NCBI RefSeq assembly: GCF_001194135.2
Contig: NC_068988.1
Location: 94,335,719 to 94,399,718 of the forward strand
Reading direction: 5' to 3'
DNA length: 64,000 nucleotides
Source of the DNA: Octopus bimaculoides
Lineage: Eukaryota
Part shown: piece by piece, positions 26,227 through 40,155 of the stretch
How positions within the stretch are numbered: the first letter of the stretch is position 1
Layout of the letters: each line of letters begins with the position of its first letter
The notes under the pieces: generated by a model
The model's database searches: none
Seen by the model: only the letters and a program-made list of their open reading frames with translations
Told to the model about the DNA's origin: nothing
Made by a program: the position numbers and the translations under genes

Positions 26227-27677
26227 CACAATTCTCTACTATGGTAATGGGATACAGAGTATTCTTTCTTCTGACAGCTCACACGTGGTTCCGGGTTATA
26301 TTGCAAAAATACCATTATATGAATCTGCTTAGAACAAGGCAATCCCACTTCGGGATGCGAGTAACGTTAATCCTCGACTTGGACGTTGGCTTACTGAGGC
26401 GAGTTAACTGTTATCGTTGAGTTTATTATGCTGATCACTACTACTACTACTACTACTGTTGCTACTACTGCTGCTGTTACTTTGTTGTCACCTCTTGTCA
26501 TATGGCTAACGGTATAAAGTTTCTATGCAGGTTCCCCTGATCCGAACCTTTTTCCTTCTATCCATGGCAATCAGCGTGTACTTAACTCTCAGCCGCACAA
26601 CAAACACTTCTTACAGTCCCTCTTTTTCAGACTTGAAACTTAATCTTATACACAAGTGTAAGATGTCTCTACAACTATTGATCAAACTCATTATACCCAT
26701 CCAAGTCATCTGGGCTGACTTACAAAGGTCTTCAACATTTTCTCTTCAGTGCTTTTTCACTTATAAAGAAATTATAAAATTATCAATACTTCAACTAGTA
26801 TATTAGCCAGAGGACACGTTAGTATGTTTTCAGAACAGTATTCCTGTATCTTTACGGCTTTGTTGATGTTTATTTATGTTGCGGTTAATATCCAATTTTC
26901 ACGAACCTGCTAGCAGCTTTCGATCATCTAAACTTCGTAGTAGATTTCCTAGGGTGTTCTGGAAGTCCAGGAAGTTGTTGCTAATTTCCAATTTTCCATG
27001 GAAAATACGAGAAATATAATATTAGTGAAATTTTGCAAATAATATCTGCATTAAATTTCTTTGTATTTCTACTGAGAGAATTCTCCGAGGCATACGTTGT
27101 AGCGTTACGTCGGTGTAAGTCTCATGTGTAATGGAAAGCAATAGTCGATTTCTCTTTATGCATTGATGTTTGGAGGCCAACTACCTAATAACGCATTGAA
27201 TGTAATTAATTCCCCAGTTAATTTCTAAAATAAAATCCAGGAATACGGATATAATCATATTCATTAGAAGGGCAGTTTGTGGATGAAAACGGTGGTGGCT
27301 TCACATTCGCCCCTTTATTATACATAATTACTGTGGGGCACCTGTTTTGATCCCTGCGAGCTGAAATCGTGACACATTCAATTTCGATTCAATTTCGATT
27401 GAGGCAATTCACTTTTACTCCAGCTGCCAACACCCTTGGGAACGGCATGAAGCCACAACACTGTATTTTCACTGAGTAAATATCGTTTTATATAGAAATA
27501 CGAAAACTAGTTATAACAATATGTGTTCGATATCATATGCATTAGAAGGGCAGTTTGTGGATGAAAATGAGGGTGGTGGTTTCATATTTGGTCCTTAAAC
27601 ATATATCATACGGTTATTATTATCATCATCATCATCATCCTCATCATCATCATCATTATTATTATTATTATTATTAT

Positions 27678-27923
27678 TGAGTGAGAGAGCAGTGCATGCC
27701 ATCAAAGGGACACTGGAATACAAATATACGAAGCCCACTATATCCATCATGGCTACCCGTCTGATAAGGGTACATAAGGCACATGCATCCAACCATATGT
27801 GCACAACATGACGATCTCATATCAAGTTAACAGTGCATGACTTTACAGGTGGGGCCCAGTAAAGTAGCCTATCCCACTCAAAAGGTCCCTGAATAAGGTT
27901 TGTTTTAGAATATTGAACGAAAC
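27678..27923 (-). mobile_element. (AAT)n-anchored interspersed repeat, probable non-LTR terminus
   Basis: Reverse complement of 47420-47684. Both copies abut an (AAT/ATT)n run via ...GCTCTCTCACTCAATAATAAT. Confidence 0.7.
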
Positions 27924-27949
27924 AGAAAAAAAATCAACATTGTTTTAGT

Positions 27950-28080
27950 CAGGTATTTTGTCTATCAAACCGAAGATCTAGATGGCAAAGTCGACCCGGA
28001 GTGTATTTGAATACCAACAGCAAGTCATTCTGGTTGATTCTTTAACGAATCTGCAAATTCGTCGACGAAGTATTACTCGG
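27950..28080 (-). mobile_element. SINE family A, highly degraded
   Basis: GGCAAAGTCGACCCGGAG..ATTTGAATAC remnant. Confidence 0.5.
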
Positions 28081-28283
28081 CTACGAGCTTATACATGAGC
28101 TAATTAGTGAAGTGTATATTGTAATGAAGTGAAAGCTAAATGTTCGAAAGTTCAAATATTACAAAAACAATGTTTTTTAGGCCTTACTGTATAATTTAAT
28201 ACACAGAGCGCAGTTTTCGTACCATCGTGGATTTATATTAGAACCTGAATATTATTTGCGTTAGAGTGGCAACAATTATCCGC

Positions 28284-28349
28284 GAAGAGAGAGAGAGAGA
28301 GTGAGAGAGTGAGAGAGAGAGAGTGAGAGAGAGAGAGTGAGAGAGAGAA

Positions 28350-28420
<71 letters not shown>
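28284..28420. repeat. (GA)n microsatellite
   Basis: Directly visible. Confidence 0.95.
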
Positions 28421-28423
<3 letters not shown>

Positions 28424-28737
28424 TCTATCGGACAAAGATCGGGATTAAATTTGGTACAATGAGTTTGTAAGTAATCATCAAATATGTACAGAAGGTGACA
28501 TCCTTTTCTTTGGTTGAAAGTGAGGAAATAAATAGCAGTAATATAACGGGAATATGTACATGTCCACACACACACACACATACACACACATAATATGCAT
28601 ATTATTCACATACGCATATATATACACATATTACTTGCCCTATTTTCCATTTTTTTCTCTCGTTGTTTACGTATTTAACTCGCTTGTTTACGTATTTCAT
28701 GTTGTTTGCACCGCTGGTGTCGTCCTGTACCCATATA

Positions 28738-28775
<38 letters not shown>

Positions 28776-29011
28776 NNNNNNNNNNNNNNNNNNNNNNNNN
28801 NNNNNNNNNNNNNNNNNNNNNNNNNNNNNNNNNNNNNNNNNNNNNNNNNNNNNNNNNNNNNNNNNNNNNNNNNNNNNNNNNNNNNNNNNNNNNNNNNNNN
28901 NNNNNNNNNNNNNNNNNNNNNNNNNNNNNNNNNNNNNNNNNNNNNNNNNNNNNNNNNNNNNNNNNNNNNNNNNNNNNNNNNNNNNNNNNNNNNNNNNNNN
29001 NNNNNNNNNNN
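28776..29011. other. Assembly gap flanked by (AT)n
   Basis: Ns. Confidence 0.99.
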
Positions 29012-29044
<33 letters not shown>

Positions 29045-29895
29045 GTGTATGTACATATATAAATATATATATATGCAAGCATGTATGTGTATGTATATAT
29101 GTGCGTTACATATCCATACGTGTGTGTGTGTGTGTCTATGTCTGAGTGCAGACAAAAACATATGTACATTATAAATATACACATATACTCACACAAGATC
29201 CGATATATCTATATATCATAATTAACACATAGGTTTTTCTTTGGCACACGTCTATATTCCACCACTCCCACCTCACCCCCACCCCCCATCTACGTTGTTT
29301 GCCATCGACTGATCCTATGTTTCTTTCTCCAGTCAGATTTATTGATAATATGGAAATGCAAAAATAAAGGGGATTTAATAAACCTACACGGTATGCGTAT
29401 GTGTCTAAAGATAGATACGTAGTTATTGACAGCCACACCCAATAGAGTTAGTAACACGTAAAGCAATTTGACAAGTGCCAATGAGAAGCTTATGTATATG
29501 TGCATCTTGTGTACGCGTGCGTATGTATAGATACATACACAAAACACCTATACATACATACGTACATACATACTTACATACATGCATATATATACGCATA
29601 CACCTATATACATATGTGTGTGTGTGTAGGTATGTATACATATACATACATGTAAAGGAAAATTGTATGCATAAAATATATGTATATAAGTTTGTTTGTA
29701 TATACACACATATTTTCACAAATATACATATATATTTGCGCAAAATAAAAAATTAGTGTATTTATAGACGTGTGTATGCGGTGTGTATGTGTTTATATGT
29801 GCGTGTGTGCGCGTGTGTGCGCATATATACATATATGATATATATGTCTGTATATCTGTATATATATAAGTATATATATATATATATATATATAT

Positions 29896-30441
29896 NNNNN
29901 NNNNNNNNNNNNNNNNNNNNNNNNNNNNNNNNNNNNNNNNNNNNNNNNNNNNNNNNNNNNNNNNNNNNNNNNNNNNNNNNNNNNNNNNNNNNNNNNNNNN
30001 NNNNNNNNNNNNNNNNNNNNNNNNNNNNNNNNNNNNNNNNNNNNNNNNNNNNNNNNNNNNNNNNNNNNNNNNNNNNNNNNNNNNNNNNNNNNNNNNNNNN
30101 NNNNNNNNNNNNNNNNNNNNNNNNNNNNNNNNNNNNNNNNNNNNNNNNNNNNNNNNNNNNNNNNNNNNNNNNNNNNNNNNNNNNNNNNNNNNNNNNNNNN
30201 NNNNNNNNNNNNNNNNNNNNNNNNNNNNNNNNNNNNNNNNNNNNNNNNNNNNNNNNNNNNNNNNNNNNNNNNNNNNNNNNNNNNNNNNNNNNNNNNNNNN
30301 NNNNNNNNNNNNNNNNNNNNNNNNNNNNNNNNNNNNNNNNNNNNNNNNNNNNNNNNNNNNNNNNNNNNNNNNNNNNNNNNNNNNNNNNNNNNNNNNNNNN
30401 NNNNNNNNNNNNNNNNNNNNNNNNNNNNNNNNNNNNNNNNN
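29896..30441. other. Assembly gap flanked by (AT)n
   Basis: Ns. Confidence 0.99.
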
Positions 30442-30478
<37 letters not shown>

Positions 30479-30515
30479 TTGTATATGCCACTCACTTCAG
30501 AGAGAGGGTGAGAGA

Positions 30516-30571
<56 letters not shown>

Positions 30572-31169
30572 ACTTACACATACTTGCACTCATATGTGTG
30601 AATATGTTATAGAGGCCGTACGTATTGATGTATGTGAATTTAAATATCTGTGTAAGATTTTCTCGCCCGAATAGCATCACAGAGAGGCTTAAAATGGAAC
30701 ATAGTTTGATTTCCTTATTAATACTTTGCAAGTAATGTTTACTATTTTATATTTATGACGTCAAAGCTGCGCTATTGCTGGTGAGCAGTTGTTATCGCAT
30801 TGTTACGAGCGCTACCATGTGTCTTTATCTCCGAGTAATTTTCCTTTGTCTCAGCAGCGAAATCCTTCCCATTAGCAGTGTAAGATCCAATCAGTTCCAA
30901 GCTGATCAGGCAGAAGGGAACGTGACGGGCAATGTTCACTCATTCAAGCGACTACTTGCACCTCGCACCCTCCCAACCCTACAATAACCTCCTCCCACTA
31001 ACACCCACTCATATTGTCTTCCTTTTTTTTTTGTTTTATGTTTTACTTCTTCATTTCTTTCTCCCGTCCTCTTTCTCTCCACTCTCTCTCTTTCTCTCCT
31101 CCTCTCTGTCTATCTCTCTATCTGTCTAACACTATCTCTCTCTTTCTCTCTCCCTCACTCATCCTTTAT

Positions 31170-31417
31170 CGGTTGCTAATCTCGTGGGCCGTCAGGGGGC
31201 CAGCGCGACTAATTGGGGTCGGAGGGCACTTTACCGCCGATATATAACACGTCATATAGACAGAAAAGCGTATTGATTCCAGCTGTGATGATGTTAAGAG
31301 CGCTTTTATACATGCTGCGTTATTAGCATCGGTTTACTGTCCATGCTTCGAGCCGCTTCACTGGAGCGCAACGTATTTCTAAGATGGCGGAATGGTGCAG
31401 TACAGTGCTGGGTAAAA
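31170..31417 (+). promoter_or_regulatory. CpG-enriched patch ending in AAGATGGCGG (YY1/start-codon motif) and a possible donor
   Basis: Locally GC/CpG-rich. AAGATGGCGG at 31381-31390, ATG at 31384, 28 coding nt (MAEWCSTVL), then G|GTAAAA at 31411/31412. No downstream exon was recognised. Confidence 0.25.
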
Positions 31418-32369
31418 ATAAACAGAGAATCTGTCTTGTGTTACTGAGAGAAAGATGTATGATATATTGACATGAACTGGCTCTCAATGAGATTAAACAT
31501 AATTTCTAGTAACATTTTAGCATTTCCATAGCTTAATTGTGCAAAAGTTGAAGATAAATAACCAGGCGAGTAGCTTTGTAAATTATGTGGTGAGAACAAA
31601 CCATATACGTAGGTCGAGTAGCAAATACACACACACATGCGCAGAACATACTATACAAATATAATTTCACTAATTTTTTTTATGATTATATTTCAGTTAT
31701 TTTTGGTTTCTTGTTTCTCTTTTTTGTATTTTGCCCTCTCTCACTTCATAATCAGATTCACTATCTTTTTTGTTTCCCCCACTTCTCTCTGAATTCCGGT
31801 TTATTCTGGAGATATGGGCGCCAATAAAATAATAGTTACTGTCATTTTACATTTTAATCGAGATCCATGTCCAGTAAACTTCAATGAAATCTAATTGCTC
31901 GAAGCAATCAAAACGCAGACGCAGCATAAAAGATATCACATTATCGTATCATATAATAAAAGTTAACCTACTGTATAGTACGATATTTATTACCTCATAG
32001 TTCGTCAAAACTTCTCCTTTATACACACCTCACAGATGCACTGACAATATACATATATATCTGTGTGTGTGTGTGCACTATATATGTATATATATATATA
32101 TAATGTTGATAAAGTTGGTGTGATGTGACGAGATGTGGACTCTAAATTAAGGACAGTGTCCATCGACAGGTAAATATCAAAACATTTCAGGAGGTCAAAC
32201 TCCGAGAAATATCTTTACATAAATACAGAAAGTGTTAAATTATAACAATTGACCAGCAAATCAATTACGGATCAGCTTGAATGTTAAACAAACAACGATT
32301 CGGATGACAACCAATGGTGCTTTCATTTTTCAAGTCACACACTTTCTAATCTCTTTCTCTTTCTGTATG

Positions 32370-32637
<268 letters not shown>

Positions 32638-32639
32638 AT

Positions 32640-33270
32640 ATATCATATTTAGAGTAGAAAGATCTCAGGTCTTAAGAAGGAGGAAAGCAATGAGATGGAA
32701 GAGAGTTCCAAAGTCTAACAGTTCAAGGGAAAAGTTACGACCGTAGAAAGACTACCTTATCCGTGGAGGCACAACAGTATGTAACGCTGTGTGTTTCGAG
32801 TCAGGTGAGAACGCACAACGTGATCTGGAATTATGAAAGTTTACCGGAGCACTTCCTGTGACAATAACAATAGAAAAATTAAGAATGGCACAGTGACGTC
32901 GATGTGACAGGTGTTGCAGGGTTGAGGCAAAAGAGGGGCTAATCAAATTAGGGACTCGCTTCTGGACCTGGTCGAGGACAGCCAAATGACAAGACGTTGT
33001 ACCTGCGCAAATATGACAGCAATATTCCACAAAAGGACCAATTGTGGGCTTGTAAAGATACAAAATGGCTTCGGATGTGTGGTCGTTCTTTGATTACCTC
33101 CCTTGACTACAATATGGCTTCGAATTGAGGTAGTCATTACACAATGACCCAACTTTACTTGAAGCAGATCTACCAACTGATTGCATGTGAGAACCCCAAG
33201 AAATATCAGGTGCATAAGTAGGAGCAAACAATTTAAAAATACTTTTACTGCCTCACCATGTGATACCTCA
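32640..33270 (-). pseudogene. CR1/L2-group LINE, 5'-truncated 3' end (RT thumb region)
   Basis: Minus-strand peptides FLGVL, YLYKPTIGPFVEYCCHICAG..LDQVQKRVPNLI..LQHLSHRR and LWNSLPSHCFPPS. These resemble the LYKxxIRPxMEYCxHxW..PLSHRR..LWNSLP C-terminus of this group. Frameshifted. Confidence 0.8.
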
Positions 33271-33973
33271 AACTTTTAACTCACGCCTATGAATCCCACA
33301 GCCGTTCCCACGACCCTTGTTACAAGTAAGATGCAGGTCTATGTCGTAACTGGTTACAAGGTAGAACTGAAGACATATTACCTGTCCCTAAAATTCCTTT
33401 GAGTAGCAGAAATTGCACACTCATTATATTCCATTTGATAATTTCTTTCTCTAAACGCACCAACATGTTCACCTTTTATTTTGAATGTTTTCAAGTTCAA
33501 CAAAGTTAAGGGAACTTCCAACCAGATGTTCCCTTCTGTCTGATCATTTGTACTTTCTACCCAGTTCTTTATGTCCTTTTTAAAGAATTTAAAGCGTTTA
33601 AGGTTATCTAGCTTGAAGATGATGGCACTGATTCGGAGAAGATAATGTCTGTTGACCAATAACATGGCTGTAGATGTAATAGGACGAGAAAATCTATCAA
33701 TTTAAAACACATAGCGGCGGGTGAGGTGGGGGTTTGCGTTATCACGAACAAAGAAATCAAGACTAAATTCAAAAGAGAAGCCGGATTTATTGCAATTAGG
33801 TGATATGTGTTTGGATGGGAGAGAGTATTCTGTTGTCACACAAAAGCAACATGTATTTATTTGTCTATGCATGTATTTGCGTGTATTGTTTTGTTTGTAT
33901 ATTTGTGTATGCGATGTGTGTATCTGCGTATATGTCGTATGTGTGTGTTTCTCTCTTTCTCTCTCTCCCTCTC

Positions 33974-34035
<62 letters not shown>

Positions 34036-34905
34036 TACATTTACAGTGACTGCTGTAAAGCAATCTTGAAATTAGTATCCCGAGATCAATACATAATTAT
34101 CTGAACGAAATCCCTTCGAGGCAACGGCGAGAATCAGTTTAATTAAACAAGTCTCTCGTCAACTGAGGTTAAATTAGATATGACAGGTAACTAATCCATG
34201 TGGTATTCGTCGTCTTTGTCTTTTCTTAAACCTTGAGGCAAACATTTCTCATGTCTCTCAAACGCTTCAATGTTGAAATTGAGTGACACTCACTTATTGA
34301 CAAATTGGAAATGTTGATCCCCCACTTTAAACTGCTCCACTTGATGAATTACCAACATACGCTGCCTAACCATGCAGTCTTAGCTGAAACTTGAACTGTT
34401 AGGACTTAGCTGACGAACAGTAACAGGCGTAGACACAGCAATTGAGCTATTTAATCCACGTTACTAATAATTTCTAAATTAGTTCCGAATCATAGATAAA
34501 TGAAATGAATTCAGAATTGGTGGCTTTCATGTTTTCCCCGAATGTATTTATACGATATTGGAAACAACTATTGAAATTCCAAAGCGCTCTGTTAATGCAT
34601 CTCTTCAGCAGGGAAACTCTGTACGACCAAAGTTTAAAAGTATTAAATTTATAGTCAAAATATAGCAACTAAGAAAATTCTTCTTTGTGTAAACTGTATG
34701 CTTAAAGGCTGATAACTAAATTGTACGCATGAGTGAATGTAAATATGTATATACGTCAGTGTGTGTGTGTGCGCGTATATATATATATGGATCCGTAGAT
34801 CCACCCTCAGCTGTGAACTTGGAACCTAACGGGTGACCAGTTATACCACTTACACAGCGTACCTATTCGTTTAGTTCGCCAGTGAACTAAATCCCTCATA
34901 TTCTA

Positions 34906-34955
<50 letters not shown>

Positions 34956-35899
34956 AATACAATTAAGATTTTGCTATGTCTGAGTAACATGCATACTCAG
35001 CAATATTCAGTGAATATCAGATTTGGTGCGTAAGTGCCAGCTACATGATAGTCTTACAGTGTCTGCAGATAATAAGACCCAGTTGAGTGAAGAAATCCGT
35101 TCTTAGCTATTGAGACATGTACTTTATATTAAAAATGCTGTCTGTAATATTTATGAAGCGTGAATTCCAGGATAAGTGAATAAAATATAAGTGTGTAACA
35201 AAGACGTATAGGTGTCAATCCATTACAGCTGTTTCCAACGACTTCTTTAATGGAAGCATAACATTATTGTAAAGAAACCGTTTTCGTCAGATGAATTCAT
35301 GATCTTCCGACATAAAGGACAGTTCAATTTATTCAATATAGTTAAGAAATTCACGGAGTAAAATATTTAAATTGACCCTGCTACCATTCAGTTGACATGT
35401 ATATGCGTTTTTACAGGTCGAACTAGTAGTTAAAGCTATACAATATTCCGTATAACTGTGTAAATATTTAGTTGAAAAAAAAACCCTTTGGATAATAGAA
35501 CGATGCTCACTAACAACATTTGTCTAAAAATAACAACTCAGAGTGGCCAGTGGCATGTATTTGAACAACATAGGTTTTGATAAACCGTACAGATTTATCA
35601 AATACTAGATGTTCTAGATGTTTCACCTGTATGTATATGTGTGTGCATGTTATTTCATTATTGTCGTTATATGCGTGGTATTGCATTGTATAATTTAGCC
35701 CTGTCGTATGCGGCGGATCGAATTATCACGTGAGCAGTCTTTCATTTGGGGAAAACACTAGTTCTATGGAAGCTTTTCAAGGAGTACTTTTCATGTGAGC
35801 GATTCTATGGGGTTGTTGGCAGGGGTTTATCTTTATGGTAACTGCACATTGCAACGATATCCTCAACACGTCCTAAGATAGAAAACAATTATACCAACA

Positions 35900-36470
35900 T
35901 CGCTGGGTAATTTTACGTCATTCTCTTTGTTATCCATCACTCCGATTGAACCCTAGACCGCTCATTTTGCACCTTACAAACATGCAAACGACTCATCTCA
36001 TTCAACTTCTTGACAAATCTATCACCTCACAGTGCATCTTTACTCTCCAAAATACATTATAAATTCAAACTTCACACTGAATGACAGTATCTGCATATAT
36101 GCTGATTTCCCCGTGCAGTGAATCCCTTCACCGGGATATCAACAAAAATATCTTTCTTTATTCAGGTTCAGAAACTTCTTTCCCACGCCTCTAACATCTG
36201 ATTTCTCTACTGCTGTCTCAACCTTTTGATCCATGAACAACAGCGCAATATTTAGCATTGAGGACACATAGGCCCTTCATGTCACACACCTCATCACCCT
36301 TTCTAGCTCCAGCACACACAACTCTACTTATCCCACACTGAAGCTGTAAATACAAGTTTTAACTTCCTACATTAACTAGTTTTAATCTATACACACTATC
36401 CTCATCAGCACACAGATACTCTCAACACATTTTAATCATTTCCCATCTCCAAAGCTAGCATCTTCCAAAT
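35900..36470 (-). pseudogene. Very degraded LINE 3' end, possibly RTE-like
   Basis: Minus-strand remnants resembling 'MDEDSCV' and 'RKxxDEV..D' motifs; many stops. Confidence 0.3.
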
Positions 36471-37064
36471 GCACAAACTCACACACACACACACACGCAC
36501 ACACACACACAAACACACACAAGCATACACATTCATTTGCAAGGGCGTTTCTGTACAGTTTTCAACTACCAAAATTCACAGACAAATCTATGGTAAATGC
36601 CACCAACACAACATCGTACTCTATTGGATTAAGTCGAAACCACGTGATCGTGAGGTGAACATTTTGACAATTCATCCGTGACTATCGATTGAATTGAGCC
36701 CAAAATCGCCCTCAAATATGAAGGTTAATAACTGAGAGCAAAATGTTGTTGGATGAAATGTACTTTAGAAGAAATTTGGTTGCTTTCAGAGACTCAACAA
36801 AATCTACGAGTTGTGAATATATTCCCGAGGGAACATGTTTGTTTTAATGGAAACGAGTAAATTTCTAAATAATGAGGATAAAAAGAAAATGTGAAAACCC
36901 AGCTGAAGTGTGTCCGATATGCTGGTTCTGGGTGCGATGGGATCCGCGTTGCCTCTAAATTTTTCCAACTACTAAGCGAAATTGAGCAAAAGTAATTTAA
37001 ATTCCACTAAACAGGATTCGTACTTTCTACATTAGAAAAACTTACATTTAAACTAACAGATATA

Positions 37065-37659
37065 CAGGTTGTCGTCGACTTACGACCACAATTGGTTCCG
37101 ACTGACTGGTCATAAATCGATTTGGTCATAAGTCGGCCTCTAGGCCTACATAGCTTTGTTTCATATGTTTACATTCTTAAGGTAGATTCTCAAGTAAAAG
37201 TTTCACACAGCTTTCTGCATCATACTACTATACTAGCGTTAGTCAAAACTTTTGTAGTTTCAAGCAGTTGTCTTATAAACGAATGCGTGGTTGCCTCGAT
37301 ATCTCTGCGACAAGCTATTCATTCAACACTCGGTATAACCGCAGTGGCGATCGATAGCCAAACCTAGGGCAAGTGTTTGTTGGCTGACATCATCCGTAGA
37401 TGGGTTTCTAAGAAATTAAGTCCATTAGATTTCAACTGGACTATTTATTATTGCTGCCGGGTGGTGGCGCGACAATCGTCGTAAAGTCGATAGGTCGTAA
37501 GTCGAATAGGTCGTAAGTCGAATAGCTCGTGAGCCGAATAGGTCGTAAGTCAAATAGGTCGTAAGTCGAATATGTTGTGAGTCGAATAGGTCGTAAGTCG
37601 AATAGGTCGTAAGTCGAATAGGTCGTCAGTCGAATGGGTCGTAAGTCGACGAAGACCTG
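37065..37659. mobile_element. Tigger/pogo-like (Tc1/mariner) MITE, 595 bp
   Basis: TIRs CAGGTTGTCGTCGACTTACGACC (37065-37087) and GGTCGTAAGTCGACGAAGACCTG (37637-37659), 21 of 23 positions complementary. TA on both sides (37063-64, 37660-61). Confidence 0.9.
37477..37650 (+). repeat. Tandem array of about 11 x 16-bp unit GGTCGTAAGTCGAATA inside the MITE
   Basis: Units counted directly at a 16-bp period from 37493; no spacers. Confidence 0.95.
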
Positions 37660-38210
37660 TATATACAAAATGTTCACTATCGTTGACTGTATTAGTGTAA
37701 TGAGTTGCATATGAATAACATCTCCATCGCACCATCAGTTACTAACGATGGCAGCATCACTGCCAAACGTACCTTCACTAAACATAAAGTAACGGTTGTC
37801 AGACATTATCAGCTTCATCTGCTTACATCCACCACAAATATGCTAGTGTGGCCAACCAACTAAACTGTCATCTGTTTCCTTGTGAAATATTCATTTCATC
37901 GTCGTCGCTGTTGTCATGATTATCGTTTGTTATCGTGATGGCGATGGAAGGGATGGCGGCGGTGGTGATGGCGGTGGCGATGCGATACTGCTGGTGACTG
38001 TGATGATGCTGGTGGTGATGATGCTGGTGGTGGTCTTGACGATGATTGATGCCAGGATGGGTTATTCCCAGCAATGTCGTTTGGAAGAAAAAAAAAAATG
38101 TTCATGTTATTTTTGATGTTGTTGTTATTTTCTTATTGCTTTTAATTGTTGTTGGCATTGTTTGGAGTTGTTGCTGCAGTTGTTATTGTTGTGACTGAAG
38201 CCGTTGTAGT

Positions 38211-38246
<36 letters not shown>

Positions 38247-38499
38247 AGACGCTGCACACTTCTATTAAAGTTTAAACAAAAGATAAACCTGATTCACACT
38301 GATAAACAGTTGTTAGGCAGTGAACACATTAAAGCTGAATGAAAGACAAAACACAAAAAAGAATTGAAGAAAATACACATAAAACTATAAAGAGAAGCAA
38401 AAAATAAAATAAACATTCAAAAGAAACAACAGAAAAAAAAATCAACAATAACAACAACAACACCAAATGCTGATGCAAAGATAGCACGAACGCTTTCTT

Positions 38500-38543
<44 letters not shown>

Positions 38544-39466
38544 TTTCTTTCTCTCTCACTCTCTCTCCCTCTCTCTCTCTCTCTCTCTTTCTCGCACACA
38601 TACATGCACACACTAAAAGTAAACCAGAAAGGAATGGGGAGATCACATGTATATCTTTTTTTTTCTTCTCTTTGCCCTGACAAACAAACCCCACCAGCGC
38701 GCGATTCATGGCAGATCAATTTATAACCCTGTTACAGCCACTTGTAAGATGCCCTCTCTTTGTAACGGCGTTATTTTCATTTGTGAGCCCTTCAATTGGC
38801 GAGTTAATTACTTTGGTTTATCGGTTATCACACAGTCTTTTCATCTTTAGAGCGAGTGTAATAGGCGACTCTCTGATTTCAATGTACGCCAAAAGCATGA
38901 TAGCTCTAAGCTATGACACTACAACTTTTCTCATTTCTATGACAGGGTTTTAATCATCTAGACTGTTGGATAAAGTGGGATGTAAACCAGATCACACGTG
39001 TTCTCTGCTTTGGGGCGACAGCACGCTGCACTTACAAGCTCATTCGACATCAAAGATTGTTGCTTTCTCTTACTGATTATATCTTATCCTATTTAATCAT
39101 TGCAGTTAGTAAACAAAATTATCGACAGACATTCGGATCAACTTGGTTGGGTTTATATGTCAATCAAAGGATATTGCGACAAATCAAACGCTAGGATTAG
39201 AATAAGAGACAAATTTATCTCAACGCTAATGTTACTAGTAAGATGGCGAAATTATAAAACCTATTAATCGAAGAATCTGGAACTGCATATACATATATGC
39301 ATGCTTGCATGCATGCGTTCGTGTGTGTACGTGTGTGTGTGTGTGTGTGCTTGTATGTCACTGATGATATTCATTTCGTACATACTGCAGTAATTCAACG
39401 CTTAATTAAACCATTTCATTTAGAAGAATCGCTCTCTTCTCTATCTTCTTCCTAGCGTGTACATGA

Positions 39467-39508
<42 letters not shown>

Positions 39509-39769
39509 ATGGTATGTATGTCCATATAAAGATGAAGGATAATAGCTATATGATACACAGTCACTTGACTGCTACGTTGTATTGTAACACTCCCTCTCGT
39601 TATTGCGCTTTGCTGTTATGATATTCATAATGTGCGCAACAATCATCAGGGAACATATTACACGATGATATAACTCTCTAGATGCCATAATGTTCTGAGT
39701 ACACAATATGTTTATCCCTTATCACAGAAGAACTAATAAATATCTTTACATTGATGGGTTTTTCGTAGG

Positions 39770-39865
39770 ATAAGGTACAGTCGATTGAAGTGACCCCGGT
39801 ATGATATTGGCAATTATTTTCTAGATCCCCGCAGAAATGAAAATCAAAGTCGACGAACTCAAACG
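39770..39865 (-). mobile_element. SINE family A, degraded
   Basis: AGTCGATTGAAGTGACCCCGG..ATCCCCGCAGAAATGAAAATCAAAGTCGAC..GAACTC. Confidence 0.6.
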
Positions 39866-39974
39866 GGTAAAAGTCATCGAGAGAAGTGGAGAAGTAATAT
39901 CGTGTAATCGAAATTACAAGTCATTTTATGATATCTTGTAGAGTATTTCATGTTGCTAAGTCAAATAGGACCAG

Positions 39975-40155
39975 GACTGGCATCTTTTAACGGTTGTTGC
40001 TCTCTACGTTCTGAGTTCAAATCCTGCCGTGGTCGACTTTGCTTTCCATTCTGTCGTAATCGAAAAAATAAGTATCTTCCGAGTAATAGGGGTCGACGTA
40101 ATCGATTAGCCCTCTCCCCTAAAAATTTGAGGCCTTGTGCCTATAGTAGAAAGTA
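39975..40155 (+). mobile_element. SINE family A
   Basis: CGTTCTGAGTTCAAATCCTGCC..GTCGACTTTGC..GGCCTTGTGCCTATAGTAGAAAG followed by (TAG)n. Confidence 0.85.

Noticed and set aside
30775-30987. Short ORF resembling a secreted peptide precursor (hydrophobic start, KR site)
   Set aside because: Non-ATG start in the track, weak signal peptide and no homology I can recognise.
37477-37650. Regular short-repeat array as a CRISPR array
   Set aside because: Units are contiguous with no unique spacers, lie inside a TIR element in eukaryotic DNA, and no cas genes are present.
37868-38260. His/Gln- or Gly-rich low-complexity protein
   Set aside because: Degenerate GAT/GGT/GTT trinucleotide tract with no splice or domain support. 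The same applies to 50190-50790.
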